From an uncultured Pseudomonadales bacterium (GTDB taxonomy: Bacteria; Pseudomonadota; Gammaproteobacteria; Pseudomonadales; Azotimanducaceae), in the NCBI GenBank assembly GCA_964571945.1, contig CAZNFE010000001.1, positions 1-38,982 of the forward strand: a DNA stretch of 38,982 nucleotides. The letters are read 5' to 3'. Made by a program: the position numbers and the translations under genes. Positions 1 to 6,210 of this stretch are shown piece by piece. The notes under the pieces are model-generated. The model did not search any database. It was not told the origin of the DNA and was given only the letters and a program-made list of their open reading frames with translations. The number at the start of each line of letters is the position of its first letter. Position 1 is the first letter of the stretch.

Positions 1-544
1 AATCCCCACACATCACGCGATGATTCCCAAGTTGGTAGATCGCCCCGCGTTCGCTCTTGGGCTCTTCTGGCGGCTCTGGTATAGCATCCGGGTCCCCGTT
101 CCCACCACCTCCCGGGTCTGCAATCGGGCTGGCCATCTCGTCAAGCATTTCCTGGAGGGCCTCATTATCGACAGAGATTTCCTGCAGCAGCCCATCCAGA
201 ATCTCCTGGTCGGTTGCGGCCAGGGCCCCGATTGGGTCCAGAGTGGCAATGGCGAGCTTCTCTTCTTCTTCGGTGAGGTCCACATACATGCATGGGACCT
301 CGTTCTGTTCATGCCGGAGGGCAAGCTTGACCCTGAGGTGGCCGTCGATTAGGTGGCCGGTCTGGCGATTGACAACCACGTTTTGTATCCATCCGAGCTC
401 GTCGAGTGCGCCCTCCATAACTTCTTGTTGTCCTTGTGGATGGACGCGGAAATTGTGCGGATTTGCCAGGAGCTGGTCGGCCTGCTCGAATCCCTGGCCC
501 ACAATACGGTCCCGCCATTTACTCTTGAGCTTCTTCTTCGTCAC
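1..544 (-). CDS. ParB-like nuclease domain / DNA methyltransferase fusion, N-terminal part only (3' end lies beyond the left edge of the window)
   Basis: Not in the ORF track because it has no stop in the window. Minus-strand translation from GTG 544-542 reads TKKKLKSKWRDRIVGQGFEQADQLLANPHNFRVHPQGQQEVMEGALDELGWIQNVVVNRQTGHLIDGHLRVKLAL...EEPKSERGAIYQLGNHRVMCGD. This shows ParB/sulfiredoxin-fold motifs, then the LG.HR..CGD entry into the amino-methyltransferase domain usual in ParB-MTase fusions. GTGA start/stop overlap with the upstream RHH gene. Track ORFs 13..324(-), 309..518(-) and 57..635(+) are out-of-frame shadows of this gene. Confidence 0.7.
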   Translation of the reverse strand, partial: MTKKKLKSKWRDRIVGQGFEQADQLLANPHNFRVHPQGQQEVMEGALDELGWIQNVVVNRQTGHLIDGHLRVKLALRHEQNEVPCMYVDLTEEEEKLAIATLDPIGALAATDQEILDGLLQEISVDNEALQEMLDEMASPIADPGGGGNGDPDAIPEPPEEPKSERGAIYQLGNHRVMCGD

Positions 545-771
545 TGGGCTGCCCCTTGGTGGTTGCCAATTGCCTGTCTTGCCTCGGCCCACATGGCCTT
601 TTCCCGTACCTCCGGTAATATCAACCTGCGGATGAGCGCCGAATGGGTCTCCCCTGAATGCTCCGCGGCCTGTTCGATGAGGTCCATTTCTGATTCATTG
701 AACGAGATTTTGACGATCCGCTTTCGCTTTTTGGACTCGCTGAGGCGGGGGCGCCCGATCTTTGCCATCAT
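541..771 (-). CDS. small ribbon-helix-helix (MobC/CopG-like) DNA-binding protein; paralog of 7257..7436
   Basis: Track ORF 541..807 begins at TTG. ATG ATG at 771/768 follows AAAGGAGAAGGC. MMAKIGRPRLSESKKRKRIVKISFNESEMDLIEQAAEHSGETHSALIRRLIL reads as a basic N-arm, a beta-strand and two helices. The N-terminus MMA.IGRPRL matches the other RHH (MMAGVGRPRL). Confidence 0.6.
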   Translation of the reverse strand: MMAKIGRPRLSESKKRKRIVKISFNESEMDLIEQAAEHSGETHSALIRRLILPEVREKAMWAEARQAIGNHQGAAQ

Positions 772-792
772 GCCTTCTCCTTTTGTGGCCTT

Positions 793-820
793 TTTATACC
801 CGGCCAAAGTTGAGAAGCAA
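793..820 (-). promoter_or_regulatory. candidate sigma70-type promoter for the RHH / ParB-MTase operon
   Basis: Minus strand reads TTGCTT (820-815), a 16-nt spacer, then TATAAA (798-793). About 20 nt downstream lie AAAGGAG and the ATG at 771. The spacer ends CCGGGTATA, resembling the CCCGGTATA of the two strong promoters. Confidence 0.35.
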
Positions 821-846
821 GTCTTTTCTGGAAGATTTGGTGGGTT

Positions 847-865
847 GTGGCCTGGTAGTGGCCTG
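847..865 (-). repeat. two exact 8-bp direct repeats (minus strand CAGGCCAC) with 11-bp period, 26 nt upstream of the -35 at 820
   Basis: Plus strand has gtggcctg at 847-854 and again at 858-865. It lies in a 215-nt non-coding gap, large for this compact genome. The architecture matches that at 7517-7534. Confidence 0.45.
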
Positions 866-986
866 ATTCTGGCGCTCAGTATGGGTGTTTCTGGCCGTGA
901 CGCGCTCTGATTGCTTTGGGGTGTCCTACAGCGCCTGGGCCGGCCGGTCGCTCAGAATCGATTTATGGGGGTTTTTTTGCTATGCT

Positions 987-1364
987 CTACTGCATCACCT
1001 CAAACGTCCATTGCCCTGTCGACCTGTTCCAGGCCGCCGCGGTGAATTGGAGGATTGGGTACTGCTCAGCCACCACTTTGAACTTGACCCTGGCGTCATC
1101 TTCCCAGTGCGGCTTTCCGTCTTTTGCCCATATCTCCTTAATTTCAAAGCAGTTCAGAATGCAAGCTTCATCCATAACAACGAAATCCGGCGTGTACCAG
1201 GTCCTATCTGCAAGCCTTAGCTTCAGTGCCTCGAACCTGAACCATTGGATGATTCCCCGGTTGACATCTACGGTCAGCCGGTCCCGGAATGCGGCCTCTG
1301 CCTTCGTCATCCTGCCGGCCTGGTTGCTCTTGGGGCGTCGGCCCTTGGCTTTGCGGATTATCAC
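987..1364 (-). CDS. DUF1064-like PD-(D/E)xK nuclease (putative resolvase/endonuclease)
   Basis: The track start (GTG 1469) would overlap the HNH gene by 109 nt. An in-frame GTG at 1364 follows GGAGGTGGATGC and makes a GTGA overlap with the HNH stop. VIIRKAKGRRPKSNQAGRMTKAEAAFRDRL...YTPDFVV...CFEIKE...WEDDARVKFKVVAEQYP fits the DUF1064 pattern as I recall it (SKxEA ... YxxDF ... ExK ... KxK). Confidence 0.55.
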   Translation of the reverse strand: MIIRKAKGRRPKSNQAGRMTKAEAAFRDRLTVDVNRGIIQWFRFEALKLRLADRTWYTPDFVVMDEACILNCFEIKEIWAKDGKPHWEDDARVKFKVVAEQYPILQFTAAAWNRSTGQWTFEVMQ

Positions 1365-1666
1365 GCATCCACCTCCGTCTCTCCAATCTCCTGCCAGCTC
1401 CAGGTGCGGAACCGCTCCGTCCCGGGCCGGCGCTGATGGACGGCCATATGACAGCCGGCGCAAAGCCACACCGCATTATCCGCCCCTCCCCCTGGCCCGT
1501 GATTCTCAATCTCATCCTTGCGCAACTGGCTGCGGCGCTTCTTGTGGTGGCAGGATGAGCCAAAAGCGCGGTTGAGGTCCTTGCCGCAGCGGGCGCACTT
1601 GCCGTTCTGGCGTGTGTGCACATCAAGCCGCACGGATGTTCTGAAGCTCTTGTCCGGCTTTCTCAT
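1361..1666 (-). CDS. HNH endonuclease
   Basis: CARCGK ... HHKKRRSQ ... N ... WLCAGCHMAVH gives a CxxC plus HH..N..CxxCH His-Me finger. ATGA overlap with the upstream methyltransferase gene. Confidence 0.8.
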   Translation of the reverse strand: MRKPDKSFRTSVRLDVHTRQNGKCARCGKDLNRAFGSSCHHKKRRSQLRKDEIENHGPGGGADNAVWLCAGCHMAVHQRRPGTERFRTWSWQEIGETEVDA

Positions 1667-2286
1667 CCACCATACCCCATGAACCTACGGGCGATGTATC
1701 CGATGCACTTTGGGTTGACGTCCGATAGGATCCAGTTCTTGCCGTGCTCCATGCACTGCTCCGCTATGTGGCCATACCCGCAGCAGAAGTCAAGGACAGG
1801 CCCTTGGGCTTTTTCGCATATGAACCGCTCTGCCTGCAAGGTGGTCTTCTTGTGGACGTTCCTGGACGCTCCCCCATACAGCCCATAGAATGCCCACCCG
1901 CCATGAACCGGCATGTAGACATCAACCACCGCATCGGGACTCATCTGGCGAATCATGGACTTGCCCATCAGCACATAGGCGGGACATCCAGCCCGCCGCA
2001 CAATCGCGCGGACGTTTCCCAGATACTGCCGGTACAGCTTCGACGGCACCTCCACCCCGGCCTTGGCCATGAACTTCACGAACCCGTGCCGCCACGCCGG
2101 CTCACAATAGATCACGCCCGCGCCCCCAAACCTGCGATCCCATCCCACCATGACGTCATGAGCGAATGCCAGGTTTCCATCAGCCGCATATTCATCGATG
2201 GGCTCACAGTCAACGTCGCAGCCCCTGCCATTTACCGCTGAATGGTATGGTCTAGCCACAATATGCCATCCTAGCTTGTCCTTCAA
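1663..2286 (-). CDS. SAM-dependent methyltransferase-like protein, permuted (motif IV-like before motif I), atypical catalytic motif
   Basis: C-terminal VLDFCCGYGH...WILSDVNP looks like the SAM-binding motif I loop. N-terminal VIYCEPAW sits where beta-class amino-MTases carry (D/N/S)PP(Y/F/W). The start is uncertain. Track GTG 2355 overlaps the upstream gene by 73 nt, TTG 2286 gives a TTGA overlap, and GTG 2259 follows AGGATGG. Confidence 0.55.
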   Translation of the reverse strand: MKDKLGWHIVARPYHSAVNGRGCDVDCEPIDEYAADGNLAFAHDVMVGWDRRFGGAGVIYCEPAWRHGFVKFMAKAGVEVPSKLYRQYLGNVRAIVRRAGCPAYVLMGKSMIRQMSPDAVVDVYMPVHGGWAFYGLYGGASRNVHKKTTLQAERFICEKAQGPVLDFCCGYGHIAEQCMEHGKNWILSDVNPKCIGYIARRFMGYGG

Positions 2287-3086
2287 TCGTCGAAAGCAAA
2301 ACACTGTTGTCCTTCTGGCGACTGCTTTCCGTGACCGTCGTGTTTGAGCCACCACTCGAACATCTCATCTGGCGTCTCCCAGTCAGTGAATGGCTTTCCC
2401 CTGGCGATTCGGTCATCCCACAACAGCTTCATATATCGTCTCCACTGCATTGCAATACGTGGGTATCTTCTCGCCTCTTCCTCGCGCTGTTCGGTTGACG
2501 CCGAAGGACACATAAGACAACCGATACGCTTGCGTCCCTCATCATATAACTTGCAGTATAGCATATCATATTCGTGGATAAATTCCCACACGTCTCCTTC
2601 TGTCCAGTCTATGATGGGATGGAGGTATTTTCGGTTCTGCCCTTTGCGACACACCTCAAAGACCTTGCGGTTTTTTCGCTTGGTAGACTCCTCCCACCTG
2701 ACTCCTGTTACTATTAACCTGCCGGCCCCTCCGCGCTCCTTTAGTAGCTTACAACACCACCGTGCCCAGCGCATTGGCGGGAACCCATTGGACTTTTCGA
2801 GCATCATACTGTAGATGGTTTTTTCAGGGCGTTCGAAAATGACATCCGGATGGTCTCTCTTGATAAACCATACAAGTTCTGGTGGGTCTATTCCAGTGAC
2901 GTTGTAGTGTGCGTCATACTTTACACCAGCTATGTCAGCAAGCGCCTTAATGCAGCATGAATCTTTCCCGCCGCTGAAGGCAATGTAGAACCCTTTGCCT
3001 TCTGTCAGTTCCTCATATTGCCGAAAGCGGTCGATGGCCTGCTGCACCTTATCAACCTTGCCGAATAGCGTCTGTTCAATCAGCAT
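2283..3086 (-). CDS. PAPS-reductase-family PP-loop ATP pyrophosphatase (DndC/IbrA-like)
   Basis: FYIAFSGGKDSCC carries the SGGKDS PP-loop, followed by GVRWEESTKR and a C-terminal RIGCLMCP cysteine pair. ATG at 3086. Confidence 0.8.
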   Translation of the reverse strand: MLIEQTLFGKVDKVQQAIDRFRQYEELTEGKGFYIAFSGGKDSCCIKALADIAGVKYDAHYNVTGIDPPELVWFIKRDHPDVIFERPEKTIYSMMLEKSNGFPPMRWARWCCKLLKERGGAGRLIVTGVRWEESTKRKNRKVFEVCRKGQNRKYLHPIIDWTEGDVWEFIHEYDMLYCKLYDEGRKRIGCLMCPSASTEQREEEARRYPRIAMQWRRYMKLLWDDRIARGKPFTDWETPDEMFEWWLKHDGHGKQSPEGQQCFAFDD

Positions 3087-3107
3087 TTAATCATCCTACC
3101 CTTCCAT

Positions 3108-3136
3108 ATACTATATGATGAATTGGCAATATTCAA
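3108..3136 (-). promoter_or_regulatory. weak candidate promoter ahead of the PAPS-reductase-like gene
   Basis: Minus strand reads TTGAAT (3136-3131), a 17-nt spacer, then TAGTAT (3113-3108), in the 52-nt gap before ATG 3086. The match is only moderate. Confidence 0.25.
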
Positions 3137-3138
3137 CC

Positions 3139-3408
3139 CTAGAACGGCAGCTCATCATCATCGAACATCTCAGCCCCATCATGCAGGCGCTCCTCTTCCG
3201 GCGGCTTCTCTTCCGCTCGCTTCGGCCTGCGCTTCAGGATGTACCAGTCCGGGCTCCCATCCCGCTCTTTGCGGAAGTTCCGGAACATCACTACGCCTAT
3301 GGTCTTGCCATCAACATCGATCTCACCGGACATATAGGTGCGCTCATACTTGTCCTCCTTCTCCCACATCGCTCCCATTCTGTCTGTCGGTTTCTCGCCC
3401 TTCGCCAT
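3139..3408 (-). CDS. small DUF736-like protein ending in an SSB-type acidic tip (..MFDDDELPF)
   Basis: Track ORF starts at TTG 3438. ATG 3408 follows AGGAGAACAGC. The protein has three parts. A compact N-domain reads MAKGEKPTDRMGAMWEKEDKYERTYMSGEIDVDGKTIGVVMFRNFRKERDGSPDWYILKRR. A charged linker reads PKRAEEKPPEEERLHDG. The C-terminus DDDELPF resembles the bacterial SSB tip DDDIPF. Confidence 0.55.
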   Translation of the reverse strand: MAKGEKPTDRMGAMWEKEDKYERTYMSGEIDVDGKTIGVVMFRNFRKERDGSPDWYILKRRPKRAEEKPPEEERLHDGAEMFDDDELPF

Positions 3409-3477
3409 GCTGTTCTCCTGTTTGCAGCCGCCTGTCAATCTCGGGCAGCTTGACGGTCATCATCTTTGCCAGGCACC

Positions 3478-4149
3478 CTATCGCCTTATCCGCCTATCTG
3501 GTCCGGTGATCTCTATGTTCTCGAAACCGCCGAGGCGTGAAGCAATGCGCGGCTCAAATTCAGCTATCTCTTCGAGCGTGCAATTGCTCGTCACTATCGT
3601 GTCAAGCATCTCTGCCTCTCTTCGCCATATGATATTGTACATGGTATCCCATGCCCACTCTGATATTGTGCGTGCCAAGTCATCAATCACCAGGACAGGA
3701 ATCGTCTTGTATTTCTGCATCGCGTCGTAGGCTGAGCCGCGACCATCAAATGTCTTCTTAATCTCATCGAAGATTTCACCTGAATGTGCGAAGATCCCGA
3801 TATCATTCTTCCTGTTTGGCTTCAGCTGTGCGGCCCTATGGCGCAATAGGGCGCAAGCGACCTGAGTCTTGCCCCTACCTGGCTTGCCCCATAGGAATAC
3901 GCCTGAGCGCTGCCATTCGATATTGAGCAGCCTTTCCAGCGTTTGCCCCTCGTAATCACCTATATCAACCTTACGGTATCGGCGAGGAAGATATATCTTG
4001 GATACAGATTGCTCGGTAGATTCAGCGTCCTCTTCACTCGTCTCCTCCGATGACAAAGTCTGGCTTTCTATCTCGGAACTCTGCTGCCGCTTCAGACAAA
4101 ACTCCTTCATTCTTTCCAGAGGATCGCCGATTCGTTCCGGATCTGCCAT
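3478..4149 (-). CDS. DnaC/IstB-like AAA+ helicase loader
   Basis: Walker A is GKPGRGKT and Walker B is PVLVIDDL, followed by TSN. ATG 4149 follows AAGGAGAAAGGCA. The N-terminal approx 38 codons overlap the upstream gene (see findings). Confidence 0.8.
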   Translation of the reverse strand: MADPERIGDPLERMKEFCLKRQQSSEIESQTLSSEETSEEDAESTEQSVSKIYLPRRYRKVDIGDYEGQTLERLLNIEWQRSGVFLWGKPGRGKTQVACALLRHRAAQLKPNRKNDIGIFAHSGEIFDEIKKTFDGRGSAYDAMQKYKTIPVLVIDDLARTISEWAWDTMYNIIWRREAEMLDTIVTSNCTLEEIAEFEPRIASRLGGFENIEITGPDRRIRR

Positions 4150-4810
4150 TGCCTTTCTCCTTTGGGTAGCCTTCCAGCCGCCAGTTCTTCAAAATACCGT
4201 CCACATAGCCCGGAAACTTCTTTCCGCACGCCTCGGCTTCCGCCATTGCCTTGCGGATCCACTGGGCATCATGCACCTCCAGCCACAGCGAGATCTTGCC
4301 GCTTGCCGGTGAACCAAAGACCCGCATGGCTTCTGATTCAAGCTGAAGCAACTGCTCTTCTGCTTCCTCGCGCACGCGAGAGAGACACTTATTTGGATCT
4401 GACTCTAACTCTAACATGCTTCGGCCTGGCTTACTTTTTGCTTCAGCCTGGCTTAAGCCTGGCTTATCATGCATCCCTTTACGCTTGCTGACTTTACCAC
4501 CACGCCTGCCTGCCTCACTCAATTTTTGCCTCTTATCCATGAGCTTTGCATACTCAGCAGTCACCCGCTTGTTTGCCCACCCTTCATGGGTTAGCTCAAA
4601 GCCTGCCTTAAGCACGGCTTTAGCCTGGCTTATCTCGCATCCCTTGCCGATCCTGCACAGCATGTCATCGTCATCTGGGAGCGGCCCGTCAATCCATTGG
4701 CTGAACATAAATGCCATGTAGATTCCGAACTCAGCTGCGTCCATGCAGATGACCTTGCGATCACTCATCAGGTCAGCTATCCAAAGAGGCATGTAAGGTA
4801 GATCGCCCAT
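4034..4810 (-). CDS. replication initiation/organizer protein (DUF1376-like N-domain + DnaD/DnaB_2-like C-domain)
   Basis: N-terminal LPYMPLWIADLMSD...AAEFGIYMAFMFSQW is DUF1376-like. C-terminal ISLWLEVHDAQWIRKAMAEAEACGKKFPGYVDGILKNWRLEG is DnaD-like. Track start is GTG 4828. ATG 4810 follows GGGGG and gives a normal N-terminus. Confidence 0.7.
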   Translation of the reverse strand: MGDLPYMPLWIADLMSDRKVICMDAAEFGIYMAFMFSQWIDGPLPDDDDMLCRIGKGCEISQAKAVLKAGFELTHEGWANKRVTAEYAKLMDKRQKLSEAGRRGGKVSKRKGMHDKPGLSQAEAKSKPGRSMLELESDPNKCLSRVREEAEEQLLQLESEAMRVFGSPASGKISLWLEVHDAQWIRKAMAEAEACGKKFPGYVDGILKNWRLEGYPKEKGNGRSGTNRRSSGKNEGVLSEAAAEFRDRKPDFVIGGDE

Positions 4811-4994
4811 ATAGACCCCCAGTGCCACGCGTCAAGCGGTTGGCAAAGAACAACCCGCGCCAGGTGGACGCAGCCATAGAGGAACTATGGAAGGGCCTGG
4901 GCGGGTTGAAATATTGGTTTCATCGCTTGCATCCTCTAGCACTGCGTCCATTAGCAAGCATACCACACCGACTCATGATGTCCAGCCGTATTCC

Positions 4995-5051
4995 AGAAAA
5001 TCGGTGGTGGGCGCGATCTCAACCCTGCTCGCGCTCTTCATGGGCACCACC
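4995..5051 (-). terminator. possible interrupted-stem terminator after the annealase-position gene
   Basis: Minus strand reads GGTGGTG-(10 nt)-GCGCGA-(12-nt loop)-TCGCGC-CC-CACCACC-G-ATTTTCT. It has two nested stems (7 bp and 6 bp) and a short T tract, in the 240-nt gap 4829-5067. Confidence 0.3.
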
Positions 5052-5067
5052 AACGGGGTGGGGGGGG

Positions 5068-6156
5068 TCAGTCTAATTGTTCGATGATCTGAAGGAACAG
5101 CATCTCGAGCTGCTCAGTGTCCTCTGCCTCCTCATACTCAAGAAGAGACTTCATGTTGAGGCCAGTGAGTTCTGCGTCGATCTCCTCGGCTCGTGTGCCG
5201 TAGAGTTCACACAGCTTGGCGTAGTTCTCGCGCTTAGGGGTGTCCTTCTTCTTTTCCTTCTTGTCCTTGATTTTTTTGGCTACCTTGGCGGCCTTGGCGC
5301 TCTCCTCGCCGTTTGCCTCGGCGCCTTCGTTGACGCTGGTCATCACTTCGGCCCACGTGCATTCGCCTTCCTTGATGGCCTGGAAGATCTGCCGCAGATC
5401 GTCAATCTCACCTGGGGTGATATAGTCCAGCTCATGGCCGATGTATTTGGTGATGTGGATAGGCTTCACGCCAATGCCACTGAAGGCGTCCAGCATACGG
5501 TGGAGCGCTTCCTTCGGGTCCGTGTTGTACTCTGATTGCGCGCAGCCCTCCGCCACATCCATGCACTCATCCACTATGTCCCGGGGGAGGATCTGCAGCT
5601 CAAGGTTCCGCCGGCAGATGCTGCACATGGCCGCTTCCTTGATCCGGACCTCATCGTCCGTGGCCCGCACGATGTAGACCGTATCCCCGTAGGTGTTCTC
5701 CCGGCTGCCCAGCACTTCCTGGCCAGGCCTCACCTTCCGGCGCTCGATGGTCTTGCTGACAGTGATGGTCTTGCTCTTGCTCAGGCATGCCTCTAGGTCA
5801 AGCACAGTCACCTGCACCATGCGCTTGTCGCCGTCCTCGTAGACCACGCTTTCCTGGACGTCCACATTGCCATAGAGCTTGATTGCCTCGTCTGCGAAAT
5901 GAACGCTAGGCCCAGGCATCAGCTCCTTGCCAATAGGCTTCAGGTACCGGGCAACCTTGGCGAACCGCGGACGCTTGCACGTATGCAGCATCCTCACCCG
6001 CACATCCTCAACGTCCCTCGGGCGGTTCAGCGCAACCGTGAACTTAGCCTGAATCATCGCCTTGGCGTGCTCTGCGGTCGCTGCAGTTGATGTCTCTGCC
6101 GTCAGCTCAACCTCATTGCCCTCGCCGTCTTTCTTCACCACTCCACGCTCTTCCAT
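5068..6156 (-). CDS. putative single-strand annealing / recombination protein (assigned by position next to the YqaJ exonuclease)
   Basis: Sits immediately downstream of the YqaJ-type exonuclease, as in exo-bet/recE-recT pairs. It has a Lys-rich segment (KKIKDKKEKKKD) and an acidic C-terminus. Track start is TTG 6183. ATG 6156 follows GGAGGGATTGGAA. I do not recognise a specific family. Confidence 0.45.
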   Translation of the reverse strand: MEERGVVKKDGEGNEVELTAETSTAATAEHAKAMIQAKFTVALNRPRDVEDVRVRMLHTCKRPRFAKVARYLKPIGKELMPGPSVHFADEAIKLYGNVDVQESVVYEDGDKRMVQVTVLDLEACLSKSKTITVSKTIERRKVRPGQEVLGSRENTYGDTVYIVRATDDEVRIKEAAMCSICRRNLELQILPRDIVDECMDVAEGCAQSEYNTDPKEALHRMLDAFSGIGVKPIHITKYIGHELDYITPGEIDDLRQIFQAIKEGECTWAEVMTSVNEGAEANGEESAKAAKVAKKIKDKKEKKKDTPKRENYAKLCELYGTRAEEIDAELTGLNMKSLLEYEEAEDTEQLEMLFLQIIEQLD

Positions 6157-6210
6157 TTCCAATCCCTCCAGCAGACAAGTCAAAACTATCCAAAATACAA
6201 CCGGTTTATT

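Noticed and set aside
3433-3438. Perfect TTGACA upstream of the SSB-tip gene.
   Set aside because: No acceptable -10 lies 16-18 nt downstream (GAACAG). The hexamer is simply the TTG-ACA that the ORF track used as a start.
4808-4835. TTGACG-16-TATATG promoter-like match just upstream of the replication organizer gene.
   Set aside because: The -10 hexamer contains the ATG start itself (4810). Transcription would begin inside the coding sequence and remove the conserved DUF1376-type N-terminus.
4829-5067. The 240-nt gap as a possible tRNA, iteron origin or small gene (short ORFs of 22-39 aa on the minus strand).
   Set aside because: I see no T-loop (GGTTCGAATCC-like) or cloverleaf arms and no repeated iteron-like words. 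The short ORFs lack RBSs. I kept only the nested hairpin plus T tract, as a weak terminator.
5060-5067. G8 (C8 on the coding strand) homopolymer next to the annealase-position gene, as a phase-variation tract.
   Set aside because: It lies just outside the ORF, immediately 3' of the TGA stop at 5068-5070. Length changes would not alter any reading frame, and no promoter spacing depends on it.
5240-5290. An A7 run in the Lys-rich part of the annealase-position gene, as a frameshift or transcriptional slippage site.
   Set aside because: The run is not in X_XXY_YYZ phase, and no extended alternative frame opens downstream. It simply encodes the KKIKDKKEKKK stretch.
6192-6210. A third copy of the promoter core (AATAAACCGGTTGTATTTT) between the exonuclease and annealase-position genes, as an active promoter.
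   Set aside because: No acceptable -35 lies at 16-18 nt, and the best alignment gives a 14-nt spacer. I regard it as a degenerate relic or at most a very weak internal promoter.
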